A stretch of 60,700 nt of DNA, filler included, from Nemertoderma westbladi (Eukaryota > Animalia > Xenacoelomorpha): NCBI GenBank assembly GCA_032718475.1. It is 3 parts of 3 records of this genome, joined end to end, with 100 filler letters (N's around TTAATTAATTAA, not from the genome) between each part and the next. Parts side by side here need not be neighbours in the genome. Positions count along the whole stretch, not along the records: positions 1 to 21,585 come from JAUCBJ010002384.1; positions 21,686 to 43,677 come from JAUCBJ010008978.1; 1 more part is not named here. One strand, 5' to 3'. Shown here piece by piece: positions 14,121-26,850 of the stretch. The notes beneath the pieces are model-generated. The model saw nothing but the letters and a program-made list of their open reading frames with translations, was not told the origin of the DNA and made no database searches. Each line of letters starts with the position of its first letter. Positions within the stretch are counted from its first letter, which is position 1. The translations under genes were made by a program, and so were the position numbers.

Positions 14121-15267
14121 GAGCACCAAGAAGTGAAAATTTTGTATTAGCGAGTGTCAGGCGCAGTCAGGCAGTCAGGTCAATGTATAGAAGTTTTGTA
14201 GATCTACATTATGAATCAGACTGTCTGATCTGAAATTATTATACAGTAGGCCCTACATTGTCATAATGTATTAATTAGATTTTGATACAGTTCAACAATT
14301 ATTTCACAACTTATTATTGTTTTAGGTTTGCTGGATGGAAATGTGGGAAGGTGGATGGGAATGTGAATGTGGGAATCAATAAACGCTGTTGTTACCTACC
14401 AATTTAAGGAAAGGAACAGGTTACAGCGGCAGCATTCTAACCAAAACAATAAACTATGTTGTTAACGGCACCAACCACAGTACAAATTGAGGGAAAGTAG
14501 CAGAGGATCGGACAGCCACAGCACAATGATCGGTTATCAAAACAAGCCCAAAACAAACAAGCCAATAAAAACAAAGAAGACAATGAGAGAGATGGCAAAA
14601 AACAAAATATTGTAGTTAAAAAGTACTGTAAAAGTTTAGTATGGTATGGTCAATGGTCATTATGTGATTATGGGTCTGCCTAAACACCCAACTACACCCA
14701 ACTTTAACCTAACTGCATCCAACTTACACCAAACTATACTGTATGGCACCCAACTTCCACAAATTATAATATGTACAGTAACACACTCTGAACTTCTATG
14801 AGGAATTGCTGAGATATGAGCTTTTTAAAAGCTTCATGTACTGTATTTTGCACCCACTGCTGAGCAATTTATGAAAATACTGTAACAAACTAACGTTTAT
14901 ATTTATTGCAGGTTGGTTCTAGAATAATTGATAAATTTAACTATAAATATACAAAGGAGAGATACAGACTATTGGCGAACGACCAACAGATGCCGACATA
15001 TACCACGCACCGAAACTCCAAACTAATGAAGCACAGTACAAACTAAACTGGCGCTGTGTTAATGTAAAAGGTATTGATACACAGGAGGGTCACAGCCTTA
15101 ACGACGAAATCTCATTGGAAGCTTCTGTTATGGGAATGGCAATGCTATAATTCGTTCAAAATTAATAGACATAATATTCAATATTATACAGTATGTTTAA
15201 TGCAATTATAATTATGTAATTATCCTTTATGTATCATGATACAGTAACCCTTTTAAATAACGTCCTA

Positions 15268-15360
15268 TTGGATCCTATTAGGATCCTAATAGGATCCTAT
15301 TAGGCTCCTAATATGATCATATTAGGCTCCTAATAGGATCCTATTAGGTTCATAATAGGA
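15268..15360. repeat. 11-bp palindromic tandem repeat (TAGGATCCTAT/A)n
   Basis: Directly visible. Confidence 0.8.
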
Positions 15361-16337
15361 ATAAAATAACCTTTAGGAAATCACTTGGAATTTGCCTAAT
15401 GCAAGTCTACCTAGAGCGGCTAAATATCAAAGCTTAGAAATGCCTGTCAATCAACCTCCCGGAATAGCTGAAAGTAGTAAAGAGAGCCGCTTTATCTAGT
15501 GGTTGAGTTGTATTTCCCTTCCCCTGACTTATCTTACAACAACAATACTCCATAGGCATAGGCTAATGTTAAATATGCGAAGAACACACTGGCTTTAACA
15601 CAACATCTGGACACATTAACATACATGACACATGATAAATTCATTATTTGAATGTTATACAAATTTAGTACTGTACTTTGTATTTTCTTACCTTTAATAC
15701 TGTATCAGGGAGCCCAGTATAGGGTTAACTTAAACTAACCAAGCTTTTCTAACCAAAACAATAAACGATATTGTTACCAATTGAGGGATAGGAGCAGGTT
15801 ACAGAGGCGGGCTTTTCTAACCAAAACAATAAACGATATTGTTACCAATTGAGGGAAAGGAGCAGATTACAGAGGCGGGCTTTTGTAAACTGACGGAGAT
15901 TAAATTTTGCTTTATTTTTACTAATTGCAATTGTGCGCTAAGTCTCGCCATGACTGCGTGACTCATCCCACAGAACATCCAGCTCTCCACACAACTATCA
16001 CCCAACTACTCTCAACTTTGACTCACTTTCACCCAACTACGCTCCACTTCCACCCAACTACATTCAACTTTCATCCAACTACACTTAACTTTCACAACTT
16101 TCTCGCACCCTATGTCAGAATTTTTCAAAATAAAAAATTATAAAGCAAATTATAAAGTTGCCAAAAACCATACAAATTCTAATATACATCGCTTTTTTGG
16201 ATGTGGAGTTGTGTAGGCCATACAGTACAATATATCTAATGTTTAGTTCAGAAGCATAACAGGTATTTTTCGTTCTGGAACTGAAATTTGGTGATACACG
16301 TAATTTTTAAAATTTCGTGACCATGGTTTTCTGCGAT

Positions 16338-16580
16338 TGTGGGTCGAGCCACGCAGTAAAGGCGAGCCTTAACGCACAATGATAATTAGTAAATAAGGAA
16401 AATTTCATGTATGTGCGTCCGTCTTTCTGTCTGTCCATCTGTCTTTAATGAAAAATACATTCGTAAATAACTTTTGAAGATTTTAACCATTTTCAACAAA
16501 ATTTTGTATGGGCGTACTGGAGAAAAAGTTCCAATATTTTAGAAAGTTACGGGCAAATACCTCTCGAACTTTTGGAATAT
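16338..16580 (-). mobile_element. Short interspersed non-autonomous element (Helitron-like family; other copies ~43060-43295 on + and a fragment at 15900-15972)
   Basis: GTGGGTCGAGCCACGCAGTAAAGGCGAGCCTTA...AAAGTTACGGGCAAATACCTCTCG is the reverse complement of 43070-43293. The class assignment is tentative. Confidence 0.6.
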
Positions 16581-18194
16581 TGGCATATCCTACTGTACAT
16601 ATACTGTATGTACTAGAGACCACAGGCCGCGTCTATATGATTACATTGATCAACGTACGCAATTCTCTACCTTAGTGTGATGAATTATTAGTTCCACTAA
16701 GATCTGTACTGTATAACGATCTTATCGATTCTCGTAAAGATCTTGTCCATTCTGGCATTGCCTGTATGTGAATCATAATAATAATGATAATAATAAGAAA
16801 GAATAAGAAGTAATGATATTAAGAAGTGAATCATAAGTTCTTTGCAGAATTTCTCTTGATCTGTACAGATCTTACCAGATCCCATTTTAGTTTATCAAAA
16901 ATGTAAAAAGTTATAAAATTATTTCTGTTGTTTTGTTATAAATTATTATTAATTAATATAAAGGCCATGATTTTTAAAATAAAGCTGCTTAGTTTTTTTC
17001 TTGTATTCTATGATACATAAAGGATAATTACATTATTATAATTGCATTAAACATACAGTACTGTATAATATAGAAATTATGTCCATTAAATTTGTACTTA
17101 TTATAAACATTGTCATTCCTTACAACAAAAGTTTCCAATGCGATTTCGTCGTTAACAGTGTGACCCTCCTGTATATCAATACCGTTTTCATTTCCACCGC
17201 AATCCCACAGCGCCAGTTTAGTTTGTACATGTAGCTTCATTAGGTTGGGATTTTGGTGAGTGGTATATGTACTGTAGACATCTGTAGGTATCTGGATCGT
17301 TCGCCAATAGTCTCGGTCTCTCCTTTGTATATTTATTGTTAAATTCATCAATTATTCTAGAACCAACCTGCAATAAATATAAACGTTAGTTTGTTACAGT
17401 ATTTTCATAAATTGCTCAGCAGTGGGTGCAAAATACAGTACATGAAGCTTTTAAAAAGCTCATATCTCAGCAACTCCTCAAAGAAGTTCAGAGTTTGTTA
17501 CTGTACATTATTATAATTTGTGGAAGTTGGGTGCTATACAGTATAGTTTGGTGTAAGTTGGATACAGTTGGGTGTAGTTGGGTGAAAGTTGTGTAGTTGG
17601 GTGGAAGTGGGGTGCAGTTGCTGAGTTGGGTGAAAGTTGGGTGTTTGGCAGACCCGCAATCACATAATGACCATTGCAGCATTGACCATACCATACCGAA
17701 CTTATACAGTACTTTTTAACTACAATATTTTGTATTTTGCCATCTCGCTCATTGTCTTCTTTGTTTTTATTGGCTTGTTTGTTTTGGGCTTGTTTTGTTC
17801 ACCGATCATTGTGCTGTGGCTGTCCGATCCTCTAATTTGTACTGTGGTTGGTACCGTTAACTACATAGTTTATTGTTTTGGTTAGAATGCTGCCGCTGTA
17901 ACCTGCTCCTTTCCTTAAATTGGTAGGTAACAACAGCGTTTATTGATTCCCACATTCACATTCCCATCCACCTTCCCACATTTCCATCCAGCAAACCTAA
18001 AACAATAATAAGTTGTGAAATAATTGTTGAGCTGTATCAAAATCTAATTAATACATTATGACAATGTACTGTATAATAATTTCAGATCAGACAGTCTAAT
18101 TCATAATGTAGGTCTACAAAACTTCTATACATTGACCTGACTGCCTGACTGCGCCTGACACTCGCTAATACTAAATTTTCACTTCTTGGTGCTC

Positions 18195-18460
18195 TTTTGT
18201 GGTCTTTTGCAGTATTTTGCTGTCTTTTGCGGTCTTTTGCTGTCTTTTGTGGTCTTTTGCGGTCTTTTGCGGTAATTCGTCTTGCAGTATATCCATGCCT
18301 TCTCTGTTCTTTTGTGGTCTTTTGCAGTCTTTTGCGGTCTTTTGTGGTTTTTTGCGGTCTTTTGTGGTTTTTTGCGGTCTTTTATGGTCTTTTGCGGTCT
18401 TTTGTGGTATTTTGCGGTCTTTTGTGGTCTTTTGCGGTCTTTTTTGGTCTTTTGCGGTAA
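18195..18460 (-). repeat. 10-bp minisatellite in the right TIR
   Basis: Reverse complement of 13868-14120. Confidence 0.95.
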
Positions 18461-19207
18461 TTCGTAGGACCGAAAATGACTTGAATGTCATTTGGTATGT
18501 ATTTTTATGTTGTATGTTCTGATGTTGTTAGTATTTTGTCACATGCTGACATGGGCTGATGGGTTGGATGAGAGTAAGGTCTGAAGGTGGAAGGTGTAAG
18601 GACAGAACAGAACAGCAGAAGGAACGCTTCAAACCAGCATACTGTTTTGGCGTAATTTCAGTATTTTATTCTATTGGGCAAGCGCAAGGGTTGTACTGTT
18701 GTACGTAGGCCCTACATTTGTATGTATTGCTGTATTGGATTTAATTAAACCACTGAAAAACCATAAAAACCCGAAAAAAACCAAACAATAAAACCAAAAC
18801 AAAAAAAAAATTCAAAAAACCATGGTTTTTGCCATCCCTGACTACAATAGATTGACTTCATTTTCATTATATAGCCAGGGCACCGCGTGAGAGTGAAGTG
18901 ATAATAATATGCCTAGAGTGATAATAATATGGTTAAACTTTTTCTCAGTCTGTGCTGTAGTGGTCTAACATATCTAATTCTCATTCTACAGATGCGTACC
19001 AGTACCTATTGCTTAACTGTCTGATAGAGTGACTACTGACTGTTTTATTTATTATGTAACGGTATTTATTATTTATATTTATATATTATCTTATTTATTG
19101 TTTTGGTTAGAAATGCCTGCCTCTGTAACCTGCTCCTTTCCCACGCTATGTCAATTGTTTATGACGTGTGTTACTTATTTATGAAAAAAAAATGTATAAA
19201 GTGTTTT

Positions 19208-19420
19208 ATAAAATAAGCGGTATATATATATATATACAAGTCATAAAATAAGCAGTAAATATACAAGTCATAAAATAAGCGGTATATATATATACAAGTC
19301 ATAAAATAAGCGGTATATATACAATTCATAAAATAAGCGGTATATATACAAGTCATAAAATAAGCGGTATATATACAAGTCATAAAATAAGCGGTATATA
19401 TATATATACAAGTCATAAAG
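19208..19420. repeat. ~27-33 bp minisatellite AAAATAAGCGG(TA)nCAAGTCAT
   Basis: About 7 visible units with a variable TA tract. Confidence 0.9.
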
Positions 19421-20744
19421 TGTTTCATAAAACGGTCCCCAAGTTAATTATTCCCACCCCGATTGTTACCCAACTAATTAACATTTCGTTTAAACTTTTA
19501 GGAAGAAGCATCTTCTGCCCTAATTCGTCATAATATTGCCAACGGATTCGTTAGATTACTTGTATTTCGGTGCCGAACATAAACTGGAAATTAAAATTTG
19601 ACGACATAAAAGAAACTTTAAACAAACTGGTTGTTCGTTGCGGCTACGGGATATTGTAACGGCAAGTTTTCTACATCTAAATAAAAACTCCTCGCGAGGC
19701 AGTTTATATGAACTTCTGAGATATTAAATCTTGGATCATTTATTTATTATCACTTAAATTTTTACAAAATCCTGTATTATTTGAAGCTGGGCGATTATTA
19801 TATATTATAATATACCAGTTTACACTTTGTATCCTTTGGCATCCCAATTGCAGTCAGCATTGGCGCCGAGTTCGCTGGCTTCATCTCGATCCAGATACCT
19901 TCGCTATCCTGGCTGCAACACAGGCTGTTGTAGACGTGTGTGTGAGCTCGTAAGTATAAATCATACGATATTAGTTATTCTCCTTTTATTAACATTTTTG
20001 ATCAAGTCAAGAGCGATTCTTATCAAGGACTTTGAAGAATACAAATTGCTAACATCTTGGAAAATGTTAGTATTCAAATTATAAAGTCATTTATTTGGAT
20101 ACTAATTCGTGCAGCTGGTAAAAAGGTCCTATATTAGTCCAGTCAATCTAGCCAAAAAAAGGGGTCAACCCAAAATAGATTCACAATAAACCTAAATCAA
20201 ATTTTTTGGCTTCTATATTATCTTGTTATTGCCCCAAAAGTCTATAACAATATAGGCCTATATGTTGCGGAAAACGTTTCATTTTCATGCAAACAAACGG
20301 CCTATTTTAGTAATGCCCAATAATTGCTCAATTCTGCTTATAGTGCTATTTGTTTGCCTTATATTATAACAAGTTGCGTGGTAACTACCTAAATAGTAAC
20401 AATTTTCTATTGTTAGTGATGTATATAGCTACCTCTTAAACAAATAACTCTAATCATTGGATGTAATGTATAATTTATTATTATAGGGTTAATTGCGTTT
20501 TTGTACTTTGTAACGTTCGTTCTACTTTACCTTTGTAAGGTACTTTTTTGGTCATTCAGCGCAGTTATAAAATAATTTGCAGGTCCTTTGTTCATGGTAT
20601 ATCGTAATGTTTTGTGATTGCTTTCACAGTGTATTTAGTTGTATTTTCTCCGTGTTACAAAGCAACCAAGTAAACAGTCGACCGGAGCAACCCGAAGGCT
20701 CCTATTTTGATATCTGCTACCCGAAGGTAGGGGTAAGGCTGAAG

Positions 20745-20812
20745 TGGAACCTAGCGGGTGTTGAACCTACAACTAATAGATTGCAGGCCCGTCGATCAAT
20801 CAACTGAGATAA
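20745..20812 (-). repeat. Degenerate tRNA-derived repeat (SINE-like head)
   Basis: Minus strand reads TATCTCAGTTGATTGATC (A-box-like)...GGTTCAACACCC (B-box-like). No intact cloverleaf. Confidence 0.4.
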
Positions 20813-21585
20813 ACAACAACAAATATTTTTGGGAATAAACATAAAGAAAGTAGAATATCTAGATTTTATTGTTCCAGAATACTTATTGTATATAACAATA
20901 ATTTAATGACGTGATTAGATGAGAGTGATTAAATATAATTATCATTATTTAATACTGTCGTAAAAAATATTATCTGAACAATATCAACACAAAGAAACCG
21001 AATATCATATGTATTGAATATTGTATGAATATCATATTCCAGAACGTTTATCAAATAGCGTATTATATTTGATGATTTTATATATTGATATCTTGTTGCG
21101 ATATCTGGGATCAGGCCAAGCAGATGATCACGAAGAGAAGAAAGGATACAATGCTGCTGGTACAATTCTCAGTAAATGTAATAACATTTTGGTTTCTTTT
21201 TGAATTTGTTGCATTATGTCTGGTAGGGACATGATACTATACGGGCCAATTTGTCACGCTATGAATGCAATTTTGGAAAAATACGATGCGAAAAATCCAA
21301 GATGCGGTACCGGTACGAAAAATGTGTGTATTTTTTTAGTATCGTATTTAATTTAAGAGTTTATAAAAATATATATGTATTTTGTGTTACACTTAGAAAA
21401 TCATTTTATAAATCTCTGTAATAGGCAAATATTATTTATTTCAATTTTCTAGTATAATTATTGTTAATTAAAGTGTTCCAGAATATAATATATTTGTTAT
21501 ATAGAATAATATAGCCTCGCTCAGACGCAAAACCATGGAACTTTCGAACGCTCATATCTCAGATATTTTACGACGAAATTCAGAT

Positions 21586-21685
21586 NNNNNNNNNNNNNNN
21601 NNNNNNNNNNNNNNNNNNNNNNNNNNNNNTTAATTAATTAANNNNNNNNNNNNNNNNNNNNNNNNNNNNNNNNNNNNNNNNNNNN
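21586..21685. other. Artificial contig linker N44-TTAATTAATTAA-N44
   Basis: The 12-mer gives stop codons in all six frames; an identical linker is at 43678-43777. Confidence 0.97.
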
Positions 21686-23783
21686 GTTTGTAATCCGCTG
21701 CCGCTGCCGCTCCCGTACGGAATATTTCCCGTTCCGTCGACTCCGAGTCACTGGATGAATCGCTGTCGTCCGGATAAGGTGGTTGGCGGGTTCGCGTCCG
21801 GCGTATTATTCTTGGTCGAGTTCGTCGTGGTCTGGGATCTACGGCTCCCCGTTGTTCGGCAGGCTCGCAAGCCTTCCACGAAGTCGTAGGTCTCGTTGAA
21901 CTCGGTTTGATCCTGTGGGTACTACCCACATCCGTCGTCCTTCGTTGTTCGGCAGGCTCGCAAGCCTTCCACGAAGTCGTAGGTCTCGATAAACATTGGG
22001 TGAGAGGTCTAGTAAAAACATCGGAGTTAAGCTCTACTGTAGGTTTATAAATGACTGGGTTCGCGCAGCACGTCACAGGTTTAACTTGTAATGGTTTACT
22101 CACCTGTTTTACTGTCATAAACGCAGGTTCGTCTCTCTCTACAAGTAAACTACGGCTTACAGTAGGTGGACTAGTTATGTTACCTGCGAGAATCGGCGAT
22201 GAAGTCGCCCTAGGTTGCGGTATTTCCGTCACAACAAACCTGCTACCTTGCGTCGAACGCACAGGCGTTATTTCCTTAGTTTTCGTAACAAAGACCGGTT
22301 TTATCGGAGTCGTGGGTTTGAGCATAGGAATAACTTGGGGAAAACGTTTACAGTAATCCTCGACGAACTCCTCTCCTCGATCTATCGCTCCCACACTTCC
22401 TTCCTCGATTCGCTTCTGAATTCCGCGATATCGAGTCTCCATGCGATCCAGGGCAGACAAGTCGTGTCCAGCTCGAGACCTTATAGATCTATCTCTCGCG
22501 TCGAGTTCGAGGTCCTCTTGCGCGTTGGCCGCATCGCGCGATCTGCGATTTAATTCGAACTGGAGCTGCATCTCTCTTTCGCGTCGATCTGCATCCTGTT
22601 GTTGTGCCGCTAACTCCGCTTCCTGTATAGCTAATCGAGTGTTTATTTGTCGCGCCTCCAACTTGGCCCGAGCGTCGGATGCTGCCTTTTTCCGTGCTAA
22701 CTCGTCAGCTGCCGCCTGTCGTGCTAACACGTCAGCTGCCGCCTGTCGTGCTAACTCGTCGGCTGCCGCTTCTCGCGCTAAGTCCTCCTCCAGTCTCCGC
22801 ATCTCTGATGCTTCGAACTCAGCCTGCGCTTGAAGTTTCGCAAGTTTCGCTACGTCTTCTCTACGCTGTCTTTCTCCTTCCATCGCAATCTGCGCCAATT
22901 GTCGTTGCGTTTCTTCCTCAGCGACTTGTTGTCGGCGTGCGACCTCCTGTTGTTGTCGAATAATTCCAGACGCTGTTCTACTAACGTCGCCAACGTCGCT
23001 CCGTACACTAACGAACGATCTATCCAGTGGTGGATGTTGGTAGGCTCGTGAGCCTTCCGTAGTGAGAACTTCCGTCGTCCCTCTCGGTACAACTTCCGGT
23101 TCTTCGATCGGTACTCCGCATCTACGAAGAAAATTGGTGAGCGTCTCCAACCTCCCGTCCAGGCAGTAGAGTTCTTCTTCCTCTTCGGGTTGTAACAACG
23201 CGTCCGAAACTGACTCACCTAGCAGTTGGTCGAACTGCTCCTGTTGAGCCAATCTTATTACCGACTTAAACTGGATAATGCTTTCTCTCGCACTTACCAA
23301 TTTATCTACTATCTTTACCTGAGTAAAGTTGTCGCCACGCAACTCTGCAAGTTCGTGCAAACCTTTAAGTTTATCTACGGAGGCATGTACCCTACTTTCT
23401 ATCCTTACCTGTAAGGTGTAGAACTTGTATCTCGACATCGGGGCGGTTAACTCGCGTAAAACGCGAAAACCTTCTCCGAGGTTCCGAGTAATCTGGGCCA
23501 TGTGTCCTCCTATACTTCTAATAACGTTCTCCTGGCTTCCAGTCGAACTTACCATGTCCGGTTCCCGCGGTCTAGTCTGCGGGACGGTAAGGAAATCTTC
23601 GATTCTGCCGTCGCCACGCGTTGCGGCTTCCGGTATTTCCGTTCGGGGTACCGGCGACGCAAGCGGTGTGACATCGGTGGAATCTCGGGTTCTCCTTCTC
23701 GGTTCGTCTACTGTCGATCTGTCCGGGTCGCACAAGTCATAGTCGGTAGGTGGGTATCTCGTCGAATGGGGTGTGTCACTCAT
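21686..23783 (-). CDS. Gag(-pol) N-terminal region, coiled-coil rich, 3'-partial
   Basis: ~700 open codons up to the gap, with AAADELARQ repeats, a duplicated RPTTSWKACEPAEQR and an acidic Ser tract. The Gag call rests on position only; no diagnostic motif is reached. Confidence 0.7.
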
Positions 23784-26459
23784 GTCTTATTATATACGTC
23801 AAGTACGGGTAATAAAATGTCAAAGTGTCTGAATGTTGAAGTGTCAAACTTACCTAACCGGTACAAATAAATCAACAAGTCAGAATGTCGAAATGTCAAA
23901 ATGTCGAAATGTACAAATGTCAAACTTACCTTGATATATATATATATCATATATATATACCCTAACCGGTACAAATAAACTAACAAAGTATATAATAAAA
24001 TAAGTAGTAATCTAGCCTACCGGCTAAATTTGTACGAATAAGTGAGATAACGGTATACGTTAACAAAATGTAGATCAACAAGTATAAACAATAGGCCAAA
24101 CAGCAACGTCTAACGGGAAAATAAGTACCAACAACACTACTAATAGACAGTGAAACCCACAAATTTTGAGTACTACTGTGCTTTCTTAAGTTTGAACGAC
24201 GCGAGTCGTAAAACTTACGTTCCTTTGATCTTCCAGTCGTACAAATTCCCAAATACAAACCGGACGTGGGTCTTTCCGTTTTTCGGCGGCGCGGACGAAT
24301 TTATTGTCTCCCAAACTTTGCGAAAAGCGGTCTAATCCTCGAAGCGGTCCAGAAATGAGTCCTTGAGTCCTGAAAAGGTCGAAGGTGAGAGTTTTACTTC
24401 TACGCTTACGAAAAATCTTCCTAGGTACCGATACAAATTGGTCTTTAAACCCTATGTACCTTTTCAAGTACCGAAAAGTAACACCGCACACACACGGCGT
24501 AAAACAAAGTGCTACAAACTAACTGTTAGCTAGTCAAATATTAAATACGAAAGTACTAGCTACCCTAAAAGCCTACTGAAGCAGGGGACGTTCTAAATTA
24601 CTAAATTTACTAACCTTAGATTTTAAATATCTCCTACTTTCAATAGCTAACAATATTTATCTATATCTCACTTTAAATGCGCACGCACTTTCAGTTAAGA
24701 TATTTAATAAATACTTCCTACTGTAAGGGTCCAGTAGTATACCGCTTACCAGATCCTAGTAACGATGTATCTTACTATGAGACTCTAGTAATGTATACGG
24801 GCTTGTACAGTATCTGACAACAAATCCCAGTCCAGGATATCTAAACAAACAGATATAGTACACAAACGACTACTGGCGAGGAACAGAGCCTTGTATCTAT
24901 TCTATGTACGTGAGCGGGTCGAATGCCTACGTACTAGACAGAAGGATACCTGTCCTCTAACCGGTGAGGCAGATGTACAGTTACCGTAACAGACCAAACT
25001 CACGGGAAAACAATCCCCGCGCAGCGAATCCTAACTATCACTGACAGTCCTAAATACAGTAACTTGCCGCGGTGTGATTTATATGGTTTATATACGAGCT
25101 AGTGGGTTAACAGACCTAGCGTAACAACACTGACAGTCCTGAATCAGTCGAAAAGGGGTCGTGCCTAAATGTAACGATAACTGATCCCCCTGTACGAAAT
25201 CAGTCTAAAAGGTCAGGCCTAAATGTAACAATACCGTTGTCCAGACAAACAACAGTTTAATAACGAAAGTGAAATACTCCTTATTGTGCCGCAACTAAAT
25301 CAGATCCTAATTTTACAAATACAAATAATTTCCACCTAAAGTAATGTATAGTACGCTATAGCTAGTAGAACTTTAAGGGCAATATGTTTTAGGGCGTGTG
25401 TGTGTGGGTGTGTTACAAATAAAACAATTTCGGGTAATTCCTTTTACTAGGTTTTAGTGATTTTCTGACTAAATGATACCGTGCGCTAGCTACTAAAATA
25501 AACTAGTCGCGTTTGTAGAACTTTATACTCACGAATGACGTCAAAGCTCTCTCCTTCCTATCCACAACCCAATGGGCAACCACAGTGTTAGTAACTACAC
25601 CCGTGATCGGCACTAATACCAGATTCTGGTTGTAAGATAAGAATAGGGGTTAATCGCTACCGTACGTTAGCTGATCTGGTATACTAATTTAATTCTAGAA
25701 TTTTGTTGCTGCGGTAGTTAGCAGCAATACCTATCAGTACGTGGCAAGGCGCGGTAGGATATTAATAAAACCTCCCTAGGCCAAGCAGTGTGCCGGTAGC
25801 AGAAATACTCCTTGCCTGATCAAATAGCTAACTCCAGACAGGAGGGGGGGGGGGGGTACTAATGTACGTTCTACAAAGCGAACCGGTACCAAACAGTCAG
25901 TGCTATGAATCACTAAATTATGGAACATATGCTGTCCGTACCTAATGTGTACTCGCGTACTGACGAATGGCAATAGTTCGCACCTGTAGGAAGTACAGGT
26001 TAACCCAGGGGTTCGTAGGACTGACAAGAAAGGGGGGGGGTGTCTGGATATAATTATTTGATCCTAAATTTGCGGCGTCCAGTGCGGTGTCACGCTTACC
26101 CTGATCTATAGGTCTTACGGCGGGCAAGGGCGTCGAACAAAGTCTTACCTTCTCACAAAGCGGGCGCTGCATAGCAAGTGGAGTATTTCGAAGGGCAAAG
26201 GGGGTGCGCGGTCAATCCAAATGTGGGCGCTAGCGTGTTGTGGACATCCCTTCCCTGCGTTGCTTACGGCCTAACGGTCTAGGCTGCCATCTCCCTGGTG
26301 TTCGGCTGTCCCGAAGTCGGACCAAAAGAAAACATGTCAGGAAATTGCAGTATATTTACAGTTTTAACAAAGGATTTATCAAAGTAAGTTTCAACAAGAA
26401 ACCGAATTAACTAATTTTACAAGAATAAAGTGATAGAGTGACGTTATAAGAAATTATAA

Positions 26460-26745
26460 CGGAAGTGATAACCGAAGGCAAAACGGCCCTTTTATACTAG
26501 AAATTGCACATGGAAACTAAACAGAATTTTCCACAGCTTCACCATTGAGCAATGAAGTGCGTCGTGCCCTATGATTGGCCCAGCTCATCGTTCAACGCAG
26601 TCCGGCCCTTACACTAATCTGGGACATGGAATCCTAACAGAATTTTCCACTGCCTCACATTTGAGCAATAAGATAATTTATGCCCTATGATTGGCCTGGC
26701 TCATTATTCGCTACGCTGTACGCTTCTCATTGGCCTACCAATTAG
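26460..26745 (-). promoter_or_regulatory. LTR Pol II promoter: CCAAT boxes, duplicated ~65-bp enhancer-like block, TATAAAA and initiator
   Basis: TATAAAA (26496-26490) lies 30 nt upstream of the A in TTATCACTT (26466). ATTGG occurs at ~26573, 26690 and 26729. The same layout is at 32810-32975. Confidence 0.65.
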
Positions 26746-26769
26746 CACCACACGAAAATAAATGGCCCC

Positions 26770-26850
26770 AAAATACAAATTTCCCGACTGGGATTCGAAC
26801 TCGTAACCTACGTAATGTAACCAACGCCTTAACCATCTGACCACTACGCC
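26770..26850 (-). promoter_or_regulatory. tRNA-like Pol III cassette (A box, B box, T4) inside LTR U3
   Basis: GGCGTAG-TGGTCAGATGG-TTAAGGCG...GAGTTCGAATCC...GTATTTT. The stems do not pair well, so this is not a functional tRNA. Confidence 0.7.

Larger units (their letters stand above)
13853..18471. mobile_element. Non-autonomous foldback DNA transposon (Mutator/MULE-like) with ~1.4-kb TIRs
   Basis: Termini GGTCCTACGAATTACCGC / GCGGTAATTCGTAGGACC, flanked by the direct repeat GAAAATGAC (13844-13852, 18472-18480). Arms ~13853-15245 and ~17005-18471 are reverse complements. No transposase seen. Confidence 0.85.

Noticed and set aside
13830-14150. Lys/Arg-rich and Phe/Cys-rich ORFs here and at 18171-18522
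   Set aside because: They are translations of the 10-bp minisatellite, not genes.
19430-21210. Short ORFs with coding-like composition (also 37950-38400 and 55993-56229)
   Set aside because: No recognisable motif or consistent splice structure; possibly decayed TE or exon sequence, but unsupported.
26240-26315. HDV-like fold on the + strand of the LTR
   Set aside because: The putative P1/P3 pairing is not preserved in the homologous LTR (32558-32632).
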